Virus record (IMG/VR): IMGVR_UViG_3300030330_002183
Span: 32,001 to 96,000 of that record
Source: a virus
Lineage: Duplodnaviria; Caudoviricetes
DNA length: 64,000 nucleotides
Strand: one strand, 5' to 3'
The position numbers and the translations under genes were made by a program. Position 1 is the first letter of the stretch. Every line of letters begins with the position of its first letter. The notes under the pieces were generated by a model, which saw only the letters and a list, made by a program, of their open reading frames with translations, made no database searches and was not told where the DNA came from. This document shows, piece by piece, positions 1 through 9,471 of this stretch.

Positions 1-162
1 ATGAAATATTTAATAATGTTAGTATTATTTTTAGCATCGTGTGGTGTATCACAGGATATAACACAACGTCAATTGCTAATTCAAAAAGAAATTGATATAC
101 TGCAAGCAAACTATTATTATAGTTTAGACTCTTTGTATATAGAATACTATAAAAAGCCTTAA
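1..162 (+). CDS. small putative lipoprotein (53 aa)
   Basis: Read manually: MKYLIMLVLFLASCGVSQ... has a Lys-hydrophobic signal and an LASC lipobox; stop TAA at 160-162. Not in the ORF track. Confidence 0.6.
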   Translation: MKYLIMLVLFLASCGVSQDITQRQLLIQKEIDILQANYYYSLDSLYIEYYKKP

Positions 163-165
163 GTT

Positions 166-402
166 ATGGGTAGAATGAAAGAAGTGCATATGGAATATAT
201 GCAGTCTGGGACTGATAAATCTGCTATGGAGTATCTTGAATGGTATTATAACCAAACAAAAAATACTCCAGCGCAGATGGATCAACCATGTCCTAACTGT
301 TCTAGTAAAACATTAAACTACATGGCAACAGATGATATTAACTGTACTAAATGTGGACAAGAATTTGTTCTTGTTGATATTAATACATTAAGATTTAAAT
401 AA
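166..402 (+). CDS. zinc-ribbon protein
   Basis: CPNC...CTKC motif pair. Confidence 0.65.
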   Translation: MGRMKEVHMEYMQSGTDKSAMEYLEWYYNQTKNTPAQMDQPCPNCSSKTLNYMATDDINCTKCGQEFVLVDINTLRFK

Positions 403-403
403 T

Positions 404-778
404 ATGGAAATAACAATATGGTTTTTTTCTATACTTGTTGGTATGCTTATTGGATTTTATATAGCAACTCAAATAGAAAGAAAATTAAATAGAAAAACAA
501 GGCTTGCTCCTACAAAGATTAATGTATCCTATGTAGAGCAAGGCCGCGGCATGTTCTATGGCATGTATATACATAATGATTCAACAAGATATTGTAAGCT
601 TAGTAGAGTTGAAGAAGCTAATGCTGTCTTAAGATCATTAGGAATAGGAGAAAAACTACCTGAATCAATATCACAAGATAACTCTATAACAATCCTTAAT
701 AATATAATGGGACAGTTTAATGAGATTCATTATCCAGATTGTGTATTTGATTGGGATAATTGTATGGATGTATCATGA
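404..778 (+). CDS. hypothetical membrane-anchored protein
   Basis: N-terminal hydrophobic helix ITIWFFSILVGMLIGFYIA. Confidence 0.55.
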   Translation: MEITIWFFSILVGMLIGFYIATQIERKLNRKTRLAPTKINVSYVEQGRGMFYGMYIHNDSTRYCKLSRVEEANAVLRSLGIGEKLPESISQDNSITILNNIMGQFNEIHYPDCVFDWDNCMDVS

Positions 779-1158
779 AAGCAAATTTATTTGCCAACCT
801 AACCAAACGTGATGGTAAGTTGGAATATAATGTTAAAGCACAAGAAACAATATACAATAAGTTTGTAGAAGATTTACCTGAAGGAGCTAAAGTAGAAATA
901 TTTATTAGCATCTCAGGTGATAATGGCACTAATGCACAGATAGCTAAGATACATGTAAGTATAAGACAACTTGCAAATGATCTTGGTTATTCTTTTAGTG
1001 AAATGAAATTACTTGTAAAAAGAAAAGCAGGACTCTGTTTCAATAAGAATGGAACTGAGTACTGCAAATCTTTTGGAGATTGTAGTAAAGAGGAATTAAA
1101 CTCTGTAATACAAGAAATTATAGAATTAGGTGATGAAGTTGGATCTAATCTTCGTTAG
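775..1158 (+). CDS. NinB/Orf-like recombination-associated protein (putative)
   Basis: Pattern 'TNAQIAKIH..IRQLANDLGYSFSEMKLLVK...KSFGDCSKEELNSVIQEI' resembles NinB/DUF1367 phage proteins. Likely start is MKAN, with an ATGA overlap onto the previous stop. Confidence 0.5.
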   Translation: MKANLFANLTKRDGKLEYNVKAQETIYNKFVEDLPEGAKVEIFISISGDNGTNAQIAKIHVSIRQLANDLGYSFSEMKLLVKRKAGLCFNKNGTEYCKSFGDCSKEELNSVIQEIIELGDEVGSNLR

Positions 1159-1681
1159 ATTGTGGAGAGTCATATGCTGATGCACTATTATTATCAGTCA
1201 TTGTAGCTCTTCTAGCTTCATCTTCTTTTCTCATATTTTCATAATTACCATTAACCTCTTTAAACATATCTTTTAATTCATCTTCATTAAAAGTTTCTAA
1301 AGATTTAATCATCTTTTTAGTAGCTTCATCTACATCTTCATCTGTAACAATGACATTTCCTTGTTCAACAGCTTGTCTATTCATTTCTGTTTGAATTGTC
1401 ATTAATGTCCATAATGAATTCATATATGGATCAACAGGATCATCTTCTTTGATATGTTCAAAGTTTGTTTTAATGTGATGTAATGCTTTTATTGTATGAT
1501 CTTCACTATGCAAACTAAAAAGATAATTTATAGTTTCTTCTATATATGTTCTAAATTCTGTTGTAAAAGGTATCTGAGTAATAGCATCAGGTACTAATTG
1601 TACAACTTTGTTATTTCTAATAGCTTCTTTAGCTTTATTAGATCTTTCAGCTATTTGTTTTTTTGTTAATTTCTTTGCCAT
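1145..1681 (-). CDS. hypothetical protein, counter-oriented in the replication module
   Basis: 178-aa ORF with a MAKK start and an AT-rich leader. Confidence 0.7.
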   Translation of the reverse strand: MAKKLTKKQIAERSNKAKEAIRNNKVVQLVPDAITQIPFTTEFRTYIEETINYLFSLHSEDHTIKALHHIKTNFEHIKEDDPVDPYMNSLWTLMTIQTEMNRQAVEQGNVIVTDEDVDEATKKMIKSLETFNEDELKDMFKEVNGNYENMRKEDEARRATMTDNNSASAYDSPQSNED

Positions 1682-1787
1682 TATTTAAAAATTTTAATAA
1701 ATCAGGATTAGTTTTAATCCTTAGTTTTTTTATACTTGGTTCTTTAATTGCAACCATTAAATTTTGTATGAGAAACGTGTTGTTCAT
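1647..1787 (-). CDS. possible small leaderless ORF (MNNTFLIQ...)
   Basis: ATG lies 4 nt downstream of a - strand TATATTTG promoter box. Confidence 0.3.
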   Translation of the reverse strand: MNNTFLIQNLMVAIKEPSIKKLRIKTNPDLLKFLNNGKEINKKTNS

Positions 1788-1791
1788 GTGG

Positions 1792-1819
1792 CAAATATAA
1801 CAAAAATTTCTTATCTTTG
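1792..1819. promoter_or_regulatory. divergent pair of Bacteroidota-type -7 promoter boxes (TAnnTTTG)
   Basis: CAAATATA at 1792-1799 (TATATTTG on -) and TATCTTTG at 1812-1819 (+), between divergent genes. Confidence 0.65.
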
Positions 1820-1840
1820 TAAACTTTAAAACCAATAAAT

Positions 1841-2422
1841 ATGTTTGAAGAAGAACATAAGCAAATGACTAGAGAAATTCAGTTGTTTGTAAATAACTTT
1901 GAATTAAAATATAAAAAAAAACTGCAAGTAATTGTCAGTGAAAAATTAGGCTCATCTAGTGTAAAGAATTACACCACTATGTGGAAAAATGAAATAGATG
2001 CATTAGCCAATATAAACATAACTAATAAACTTAAGGAGCTTGAAGAAATTGTAATACATACAATGCATGAAATAGATCCTTCACTTAGTTATGTAGACTC
2101 CATGATCATTAAGTCTAGAAGAAGAAATGTTTTAGTATGGGTACAATGTTACACATATATAGCAAGAAATCTTGGATTTACTACTACAAGAATAGGACAG
2201 TTTATAAATAGAGATCATGCTACTGTGTTACACTCAGTAAAGTCAGTACAAAACATGATAGATACTAATGAAACGGATTATATGGTAGTACATAAAGCTG
2301 TATTAAAAAACATTAAAGATTATGTGGGAATTATTTCAACAAATACTGAAGGAGAAAATGACACCCAATCAATTCTTGATTCTTTACGGAATAAAGAAGA
2401 GTCTGTCATTACCCTTACCTGA
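1841..2422 (+). CDS. protein with DnaA C-terminal (domain IV)-like HTH
   Basis: YIARNLGFTTTRIGQFINRDHATVLHSVKSV matches the DnaA-C 'IG..F.RDHxTVxH' signature; no AAA domain. Confidence 0.75.
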   Translation: MFEEEHKQMTREIQLFVNNFELKYKKKLQVIVSEKLGSSSVKNYTTMWKNEIDALANINITNKLKELEEIVIHTMHEIDPSLSYVDSMIIKSRRRNVLVWVQCYTYIARNLGFTTTRIGQFINRDHATVLHSVKSVQNMIDTNETDYMVVHKAVLKNIKDYVGIISTNTEGENDTQSILDSLRNKEESVITLT

Positions 2423-2906
2423 TAATAAATCAGATGTTCAACAACTTAAGTCATTAGGTTTTATTGAACAGGATGGTTCATTATCTATAAAAGCTAATAA
2501 AGTAATAGCAAGGTTTGAAAATTACTTTATTAAAGCTAAGAAAAGAACTAGTATCCAGCTTATGGGTAAAGAGTTCTTGAAAAGAATCAATGAATATAGA
2601 GATATATTTCCTGCAGGTAAACTACCAAGCGGTAAACCTGCACGTGTAAATGTAAAAACATTAGAAAATTCATTTAGATGGTTCTTTGAAAACTATGATT
2701 TCAGTTGGGATGAAATTATGGATGCAACAAGCATGTATGTTAATGCATACAGAGACAATGATTATATGTATATGAAAACAAGTCAATACTTTATTAGTAA
2801 ACAAGATAAGTCTAAAGTCAGAACATCTGATCTTGCAGATTACTGTGATATGATAAGAGATGGTGTAGAGCCTGAAGATAACCACTTTAAAGAGAAAGTA
2901 GTATGA
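2322..2906 (+). CDS. putative replication initiator / helicase-loader-like protein
   Basis: Lies immediately upstream of the helicase with an ATGA overlap; wHTH-like N-terminus. Confidence 0.45.
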   Translation: MWELFQQILKEKMTPNQFLILYGIKKSLSLPLPDNKSDVQQLKSLGFIEQDGSLSIKANKVIARFENYFIKAKKRTSIQLMGKEFLKRINEYRDIFPAGKLPSGKPARVNVKTLENSFRWFFENYDFSWDEIMDATSMYVNAYRDNDYMYMKTSQYFISKQDKSKVRTSDLADYCDMIRDGVEPEDNHFKEKVV

Positions 2907-3850
2907 AAGAAGCATGGCACGGACAATATCAATCATTTAATGAAGCACTTAAATATATGCTTGACAGACAATCCGGTAAGGAGAAGTCTATACAAACACC
3001 ATGGCCTAAGTTTAATGATGCTGTAACAGATGGATTAGAGTGGAATACTCTTACTGTTATAGGCGGTAGACCAGGGTCAGGTAAGACATTAATTAAAGAT
3101 CAAATAATTAGAGAATCATTTGTTCTTAATCCTGAAGAAAACTACAGAGTTCTTGAGTTTCAATTTGAGATGGTAGGTAGAACCTCAGCATTAAGAGAGT
3201 TTAGTTCAATAACCGGTAAGACATATAAAGAATTATGTAGTGCTGGTCATATTTTAACTAAAGATACATTTGATAAATGTCACTCATATGCAAAAGATAG
3301 AGTTAAAAGTCCAGTAGATATTATATCTACACCTATGACTGTAAATCAAATGCGTGAACAAATAGACATGTATATGAATGAACATCAAGGTCAAAAGACT
3401 ATTATAACTCTAGATCATACAATACTGGTAAAAAGAGCACCATATCAAAATAATAGATTAGATATGTTATTTGAGCTTGGTGAGTTTTTTACACAAGTTA
3501 AACGTGAATATCCTTGTATGTTTATAGCACTGTCACAGCTAAACAGAAACATAGATAATCCGGATAGAGCAGTAGATGGTAAGTATGGTAACTATGTACT
3601 TGAATCAGATATATTTGGTTCAGATGCAATGTTACAACATGCTGATACTTTAATTGGTATTAACCGTCCTGCAAAACAAAAGATTAGATTCTATGGCCCT
3701 GATAGATATATTATACAAGATGATAAAACACTAGTTTTACATTTTCTAAAAGCCAGAAATGGTGACACAAGAATGAGTTTTTTCAAAGCTCAGTTTGAGA
3801 GAATGCAAATAGCAGAGATGGATACTCCACCTCAGCAAGAAAGAAGATAA
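2903..3850 (+). CDS. dnaB: DnaB-like (SF4) replicative helicase
   Basis: Walker A GGRPGSGKT, FEM, LDH, LSQLNR and LKARNG motifs. Confidence 0.9.
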   Translation: MKEAWHGQYQSFNEALKYMLDRQSGKEKSIQTPWPKFNDAVTDGLEWNTLTVIGGRPGSGKTLIKDQIIRESFVLNPEENYRVLEFQFEMVGRTSALREFSSITGKTYKELCSAGHILTKDTFDKCHSYAKDRVKSPVDIISTPMTVNQMREQIDMYMNEHQGQKTIITLDHTILVKRAPYQNNRLDMLFELGEFFTQVKREYPCMFIALSQLNRNIDNPDRAVDGKYGNYVLESDIFGSDAMLQHADTLIGINRPAKQKIRFYGPDRYIIQDDKTLVLHFLKARNGDTRMSFFKAQFERMQIAEMDTPPQQERR

Positions 3851-3852
3851 TT

Positions 3853-4383
3853 ATGATAAGCACAAAATTAAAAGATAATATTATGAGTCCAGCTGAACGT
3901 AAACAGAAAGTTTCCAAGCTTAGGGAAGAGCATCAACCATACTTTGATAGTGTTGGAGAAAAGCATGCTTTATATATTCCTAAGATGGCCTATAGACCCA
4001 CTGGTAAAGATGAACTATATGTATCATTTTTTCCTAGTGAGTTAGAAAAAGGTAAAGATATTTATACAGAATTTGTAAGTATACAATATGAGTCTGAAGA
4101 TCCAAAGAGAACATTGTATTTAGTTAAACATAATCCACATTGGAAAGAAGAGTATGAACTAATTACAAGTAACTCAGGATTTGAAAGACATCTAATACCT
4201 GTTTCAGAGTTAAAGCCTATGAATGATGTAACTAGTAGAGGACAAAAGTTTACTACTAAAGACATTAAAGAAGACTTTGACAAAATTAAATTACCAGACC
4301 CAGAGACTGGTAGAGATATGCTAGATGTACTAAAAGGTATTGAGAGAGCATTATTAAGTATAAGTAATAAATTAAATAAATAA
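3853..4383 (+). CDS. hypothetical protein
   Basis: 176-aa ORF packed tightly in the operon. Confidence 0.7.
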   Translation: MISTKLKDNIMSPAERKQKVSKLREEHQPYFDSVGEKHALYIPKMAYRPTGKDELYVSFFPSELEKGKDIYTEFVSIQYESEDPKRTLYLVKHNPHWKEEYELITSNSGFERHLIPVSELKPMNDVTSRGQKFTTKDIKEDFDKIKLPDPETGRDMLDVLKGIERALLSISNKLNK

Positions 4384-4385
4384 GT

Positions 4386-5066
4386 ATGGCACAAAGTGTA
4401 TTAGTCATTGCAGACTCAGGGACAGGTAAGTCCACATCTATTAGGACATTAGATCCTAAAGAAACATTTATCATCAACATTGCTAACAAGCCGTTACCAT
4501 TTAAAGGTTGGAAGAAGAATTACGTAAATATTAGTAAAGAAAATCCAAAGGGTAATATGACTTCAGCTTCATCCGCTAATGGTATAGTTAAGGCTATGAT
4601 GCATGTCAATGATAAGATGCCACATATCAAAACATTAGTTATTGATGATTGGCAATATATGTCCAGCTTTGAATACTTTGATAGAGCTAGTGAAAAAGGT
4701 TATGATAAGTTTACTCAAATTGCAGCTAACTTAGCACAAGTTGCTAAGATGCCTAAAGATATGAGAGAAGACTTAACTATCTTTTTCTTAACTCATTCAG
4801 AAGATTCAACTGATATTAACGGACACAGAAAAGTTAAAGCTAAAACTATTGGTAAGATGATAGATAATACTTTAACTTTGGAAGGTCTTTTCTCTATTGT
4901 ATTATTTGGTAGAGTTAAAAAGAATGAAGACTCATTAGAATATGGGTTTGATACACAAAATAATGGAGAAAACACATGTAAATCTCCAATGGGAATGTTT
5001 GAAGATTCCTTTATACCTAATGATTTACAATTCGTGAAGGATTGTATTACAACTTATGAAAATTAA
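4386..5066 (+). CDS. P-loop ATPase, AAA_24/Sak4-like single-strand annealing protein
   Basis: ADSGTGKS Walker A, LVIDD Walker B, KTIGKMID, KSPMGMF; adjacent to an SSB-like gene. Confidence 0.8.
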   Translation: MAQSVLVIADSGTGKSTSIRTLDPKETFIINIANKPLPFKGWKKNYVNISKENPKGNMTSASSANGIVKAMMHVNDKMPHIKTLVIDDWQYMSSFEYFDRASEKGYDKFTQIAANLAQVAKMPKDMREDLTIFFLTHSEDSTDINGHRKVKAKTIGKMIDNTLTLEGLFSIVLFGRVKKNEDSLEYGFDTQNNGENTCKSPMGMFEDSFIPNDLQFVKDCITTYEN

Positions 5067-5071
5067 TTATT

Positions 5072-5773
5072 ATGAATGAAGTAAAAAGTAAAGTTATGTT
5101 TAATACAAAAGACATGTCTGCTGGATCAAGCAGACCAAAACCAGTAATGAGTCCAGGTAATCAAGTTGTTAGAATTAATTCTGTTACATTTGATAAAACA
5201 CCATATGACTCTGAAGCGTACAATATTACTCTACATGTAGAGACAGAACCAGTTAAGGGAGACTTTGAAGGTTTCTATAGAGATATGAATGATCAATCTA
5301 AAGGTAGATATGAAGGTCAAGTGGGTAGAGTTAGAATGACTCCATACCCATACAAAGATGCAACACTTCCAAGTGGACGTGAAGTATCTAGAGATCAAGA
5401 AGTATTAAAATCTATGATCTTTTTATCTGAGCAATTAGGTAAAAGAGATGAACTAGATGCTATTGAGGCAGACACAATAGAAGCTTTTATGACAAAAGCA
5501 TCAGCGTTGTTTGCTAATAGTGATTTCTTTAATGCTTGTATAGGTTCAAGACAATGGGAAAATAAAGAAGGTTATGTTAATGATGATCTTTATTTACCTA
5601 GACCATCTAAAGATGGAGTTCCTGTAGAAGCTATAGATGTAGATGCTACTAAGTCTAGACTTATGACATATGATAGATCTACACATCTTAGAGAAATTGT
5701 AAAGAAAGAAACTCCAGCTGCTGATTCTTCATTTGAAGGAACATCAGGTGGTGGATCTGACTTTGAGTTATAA
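5072..5773 (+). CDS. putative single-stranded DNA-binding protein
   Basis: Follows the Sak4-like ATPase; beta-rich body; flexible acidic/aromatic tail (GGGSDFEL). Confidence 0.5.
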   Translation: MNEVKSKVMFNTKDMSAGSSRPKPVMSPGNQVVRINSVTFDKTPYDSEAYNITLHVETEPVKGDFEGFYRDMNDQSKGRYEGQVGRVRMTPYPYKDATLPSGREVSRDQEVLKSMIFLSEQLGKRDELDAIEADTIEAFMTKASALFANSDFFNACIGSRQWENKEGYVNDDLYLPRPSKDGVPVEAIDVDATKSRLMTYDRSTHLREIVKKETPAADSSFEGTSGGGSDFEL

Positions 5774-5790
5774 TAAATGATTATAAACAT

Positions 5791-5850
5791 GAAAGGAGAA
5801 GAGGAGCTGCACAAGCCTAGGTACTCTCTCCTTTCCTCTGTTTATTTTTA
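5791..5850 (+). terminator. intergenic hairpin / probable terminator
   Basis: GAAAGGAGA(A)GAG...CTCTCTCCTTTC inverted repeat followed by a T-rich tract. Confidence 0.55.
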
Positions 5851-5853
5851 ATT

Positions 5854-6831
5854 ATGATAAGTACAAAGAATCTTGTATCTGATGAAAGCAAAGTTCCAAG
5901 TGCTTGGGTATTTCAATACTATCTGGATTTACCAGAGAGTTTAACTGGACAAAATGTTAGAATACATTCTATATTTAATCCGGGTGAGAGAACACCAAGC
6001 ATGTGGGTCTTTGTTGATAAGAATACAAGACAGTATAAATTTAAGGATTTCTCAACAGGAAACTATGGTAACAAGATTGATTTGATTAAAGAGCTTTTTA
6101 GTATAGATTACTCAAAGGCTGTATTTAAAATGATTAATGATTACAATAAGTTTGCATTAGAAAAAGGTAAGTATAACATAGAGGTTAAGGATCATCCTAG
6201 ATATAAGGTTGATTATTGCAGTGAACGGCCATGGAATAGATTGGATCAGCAGTACTGGTTACAGTTTAACATTGGCAAGTCAACATTAGAGAAATATAAT
6301 GTAAAACCTCTTGAATATTATACTATGTCAAAAGATGATCCTGATGGTGTAAAAACTATTAGGATGGAGTATCCAAAATTATATGGTTACTTTGACAAGG
6401 ATGGTAAAGTTTATAAAATATACCAACCGTCACAAAAAAAATATAAATTCATAAAGATCAATGCACATCTGCAAGGCTTTGATCAGTTAGAATATAATCA
6501 ACCTTATTTGGTTATATGTTCTTCTTTGAAAGACGCAATGTGTCTTAGTCAATTTGGTTATAACCTTGAGGTTATTGCTCCTGACTCAGAGAATACAGTA
6601 ATCAAACCCTATATAATTCAAAATCTTAAGGATAAGTATAAAAAAGTTATAACTTTGTTTGATAATGATACAGCAGGTAGTAAGGCCATAGATAGATATA
6701 AAGAACTATATCAGATCAATGGTTTTGCATTAGATAGTTGTAAAGATTTATCAGATGCTGTTAAAGAACATGGTTTTAATGCAGTGCATAGCATGCTCAA
6801 ACCTTTATTAATTAAAAACTTAAGACAATGA
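5854..6831 (+). CDS. DNA primase (Toprim)
   Basis: ERTPS N-terminal domain, SSLKDAM and LFDNDTAG (Toprim DxD), KDLSD. Confidence 0.85.
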   Translation: MISTKNLVSDESKVPSAWVFQYYLDLPESLTGQNVRIHSIFNPGERTPSMWVFVDKNTRQYKFKDFSTGNYGNKIDLIKELFSIDYSKAVFKMINDYNKFALEKGKYNIEVKDHPRYKVDYCSERPWNRLDQQYWLQFNIGKSTLEKYNVKPLEYYTMSKDDPDGVKTIRMEYPKLYGYFDKDGKVYKIYQPSQKKYKFIKINAHLQGFDQLEYNQPYLVICSSLKDAMCLSQFGYNLEVIAPDSENTVIKPYIIQNLKDKYKKVITLFDNDTAGSKAIDRYKELYQINGFALDSCKDLSDAVKEHGFNAVHSMLKPLLIKNLRQ

Positions 6832-7274
6832 AATGGTTTATACCGGGGAATGTACCCTCAAGTAAGAATGGTAGAAGGTGGACTGGTAAATATTTTATAT
6901 CAAGTAAAACTGTTATGAAATATAGAAAGGACACTACTAAACATTATCAGAAGCATGCAGCTTCTTTTGCAAAAGAGTTAGCAAAGCATGATCTTCCTGT
7001 TACAATATCATTTAAATTTTATAGAGGTACACGGCACAAGTTTGATTATATAAATCCTGCACAAACAGTTCAAGATGACATGGTAAAACATGGATGGATT
7101 GAAGATGATAACATGACATTTATGCTACCACATTTTGAAGAGTATGTGTATGATAAAGAAAATCCAGGTGTTGAAATTAAAATAATTAAAAATGGAAAAT
7201 CTAACAATAAAACAAAAACTAAAACTAAGAGAACTAAAAGATCTAGGAATAGTAAGAGTTCAAGTACATTATAG
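6828..7274 (+). CDS. RusA-like Holliday junction resolvase
   Basis: IPGNVPSSKN, FDYIN...VQDDMV...IEDDN and terminal PGVEIKI strand. Confidence 0.7.
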   Translation: MKWFIPGNVPSSKNGRRWTGKYFISSKTVMKYRKDTTKHYQKHAASFAKELAKHDLPVTISFKFYRGTRHKFDYINPAQTVQDDMVKHGWIEDDNMTFMLPHFEEYVYDKENPGVEIKIIKNGKSNNKTKTKTKRTKRSRNSKSSSTL

Positions 7275-7572
7275 TGGAGGCGGTGATGATGGTTGTATTG
7301 ACAGCACTGATGCATATATATTAGATGAAAAAGGTAAAGAAAAATGGGACAAAGATATTGTTCCTGATGATTTTCTTGGTATGTTTGAAGAAGAACTTTA
7401 TCATTTTATAAGTAGAAATGTTGAGTGGGACTGGGTTAATAATGATGGTGGTTATGGAAGTTTAGAAATTAATGTTGATACAGGAGAATTAACTATTCAT
7501 CACACTCAAAGACATACTGAAAACTATGAATATTCTGTAGAGAATAATCCTATTACTGAAGCTTTAGCATAA
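7192..7572 (+). CDS. DUF6878-like protein
   Basis: V.YSGGGDDGCI and WVNNDGGYG.L.I motifs. Confidence 0.65.
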   Translation: MENLTIKQKLKLRELKDLGIVRVQVHYSGGGDDGCIDSTDAYILDEKGKEKWDKDIVPDDFLGMFEEELYHFISRNVEWDWVNNDGGYGSLEINVDTGELTIHHTQRHTENYEYSVENNPITEALA

Positions 7573-7919
7573 TGGCTCATCCATTATTGCATTCTAAATC
7601 TTCTGCAAGAAAGTTTGGAGGTAAACCTGAAGACTATATTCACATCCATGATTGGATGGATGAAACTAAAAGTTGGTTAGGTTCTTCTATGCACAGAATG
7701 TTTAGACATCACAGTGAAGGTATCTTTGCTTGTGAAGATAGATTTGGTAAATCATTTAAAAATTCAGATGGTAAAACCGTATATACTAGATATGTTGCAG
7801 AGCAGCATGTAAGGGAGGATTGTAATAATTATATTCCTACCGCAAAGGAATGGTTAGACATTCTTAATAGTAAAAAAACGCCTATATGGGCCTTAAAAAC
7901 AATGAAAATAAATGATTGA
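7572..7919 (+). CDS. DUF6915-like His-rich protein
   Basis: MAHPLLHSKSSARKFGG..EDY..IHDWMD, HRMFRHHSEGI, EQHVREDC. Confidence 0.7.
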   Translation: MAHPLLHSKSSARKFGGKPEDYIHIHDWMDETKSWLGSSMHRMFRHHSEGIFACEDRFGKSFKNSDGKTVYTRYVAEQHVREDCNNYIPTAKEWLDILNSKKTPIWALKTMKIND

Positions 7920-8310
7920 ATTAACTTTAGAATTATATTTACAAAATAAAAGATTAATAAAAGGTTCTGATGAAGATATGCAAATTGGTATATCTAATCT
8001 TATAAGCTTAAAAGTATCTGATGCTGTAATAATAGCAATAGCTAAATCATTAGATAGTAGTGATAGATTTAATTTTATAAGATCTTTTGTCAATGCAGAA
8101 AATTGGAATACAGAAGCAGAAATAATGGAAAGAACAAATGATCTTAGAGACAAGTGTAAACCTTGGAGTGATTTATTTCAAATTCTTAAAAAAGGATCTA
8201 TTAGCAATATAGAAAAAAGAATAGTTGAATATGAAATAACTATGTTATACCTAGGTAGCATGAGTAGTAAGAATTTTGTAAAAAAAATTAATTTGGAATT
8301 AGCATGGTAA
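7912..8310 (+). CDS. hypothetical protein
   Basis: Overlaps both neighbours in the operon. Confidence 0.6.
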   Translation: MIELTLELYLQNKRLIKGSDEDMQIGISNLISLKVSDAVIIAIAKSLDSSDRFNFIRSFVNAENWNTEAEIMERTNDLRDKCKPWSDLFQILKKGSISNIEKRIVEYEITMLYLGSMSSKNFVKKINLELAW

Positions 8311-9467
8311 ATATATCAGATATTCTTGCTAGAGCAAGTAAATCCTTAATCTTAGATGAGCCCTATTACGGGCTCTTTTTGATTGGACTAAACAAACAAA
8401 TACGTAAAGACATACCTACTGCAGGTGTGAGTAAAAATGGTATAGGTGTTCAACTATCTATTAACCCAGGTTTCTTTGCTGATCTTAATGAGAAACAAAG
8501 AATAGGATTATTAAAACATGAGTTATTGCACGTGTCTTTTGGACATATAACAATGAGAGATAGGTTTAGTAATCATAAACTATTTAATATTGCTGCAGAT
8601 CTTGAAATTAATCAATATATAGCCGCTGATCAGTTACCTGAAGGTGGTTTGACTCTTGATATGTTTCCTGAATTAAATCTTCCTAAGAAAGCTGGTACTA
8701 TTAAGTACTATGAGTTGCTTGAGCAAGAACAAAAATCTGGTAATTGTCCATCTTTAGATTCTTTATTAGATCAAATGGATGGTGATAGTCAGTATTGTCA
8801 TGGTACATGGAAAGAGTTTGAAGATCTTACAGAAGCTGAACAGAAGCTTGTAGAAAAGCAAGTACAGCATCAGATGAAAGAAACTGCAGAGCAAACTGAA
8901 AAGAGACGTGGTAATATACCAGGAGAACTTGCAGATCTTATTAGTAGACTTAGACATATTGAACCTCCAAAGTTTGATTGGAAAGGATACTTAAGAAGAT
9001 TTGTTGGTAATTCTAGTGTATCATATACCAAAAAGTTAAGACGTAAGTATAACAAAAGGTATGTAGAAAATCCGGGTCTTAAGATTAAGTTTAAGAATAA
9101 TATACTAGTTGGTGTTGACACATCAGGATCAGTATCTAATTCTGAACTAAAAGAATTTATGAATGAGTTGGTGCATATGCATAAGACTGGTCACAAGATT
9201 ACAGTTGCTCAATGTGATACACAATTAAATTCAATAGAAGAGTTCAATCCAAGAAAGGATTGGGAGATCAAAGGTAGAGGTGGTACAAGCTTTCAACCTG
9301 TTATAGATCACTTTAATGAAAAGAAGGGGAAATACACAGCCCTTATATATTTAACAGATGGAGAAGCATATACTCCGGAGAACTGTCCACACAATACCTT
9401 ATGGGTACATAGTTCTCGTTGCAATATTAATCAGGACTTACCAGGTCTTAAAATACAATTAAATTAA
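8304..9467 (+). CDS. metallopeptidase + vWA-like domain protein (DUF2201 family)
   Basis: HELLH zincin motif, NIAADLEINQ, MIDAS DTSGS, GRGGTSF, LTDG. Confidence 0.9.
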   Translation: MVNISDILARASKSLILDEPYYGLFLIGLNKQIRKDIPTAGVSKNGIGVQLSINPGFFADLNEKQRIGLLKHELLHVSFGHITMRDRFSNHKLFNIAADLEINQYIAADQLPEGGLTLDMFPELNLPKKAGTIKYYELLEQEQKSGNCPSLDSLLDQMDGDSQYCHGTWKEFEDLTEAEQKLVEKQVQHQMKETAEQTEKRRGNIPGELADLISRLRHIEPPKFDWKGYLRRFVGNSSVSYTKKLRRKYNKRYVENPGLKIKFKNNILVGVDTSGSVSNSELKEFMNELVHMHKTGHKITVAQCDTQLNSIEEFNPRKDWEIKGRGGTSFQPVIDHFNEKKGKYTALIYLTDGEAYTPENCPHNTLWVHSSRCNINQDLPGLKIQLN

Positions 9468-9471
9468 AATT

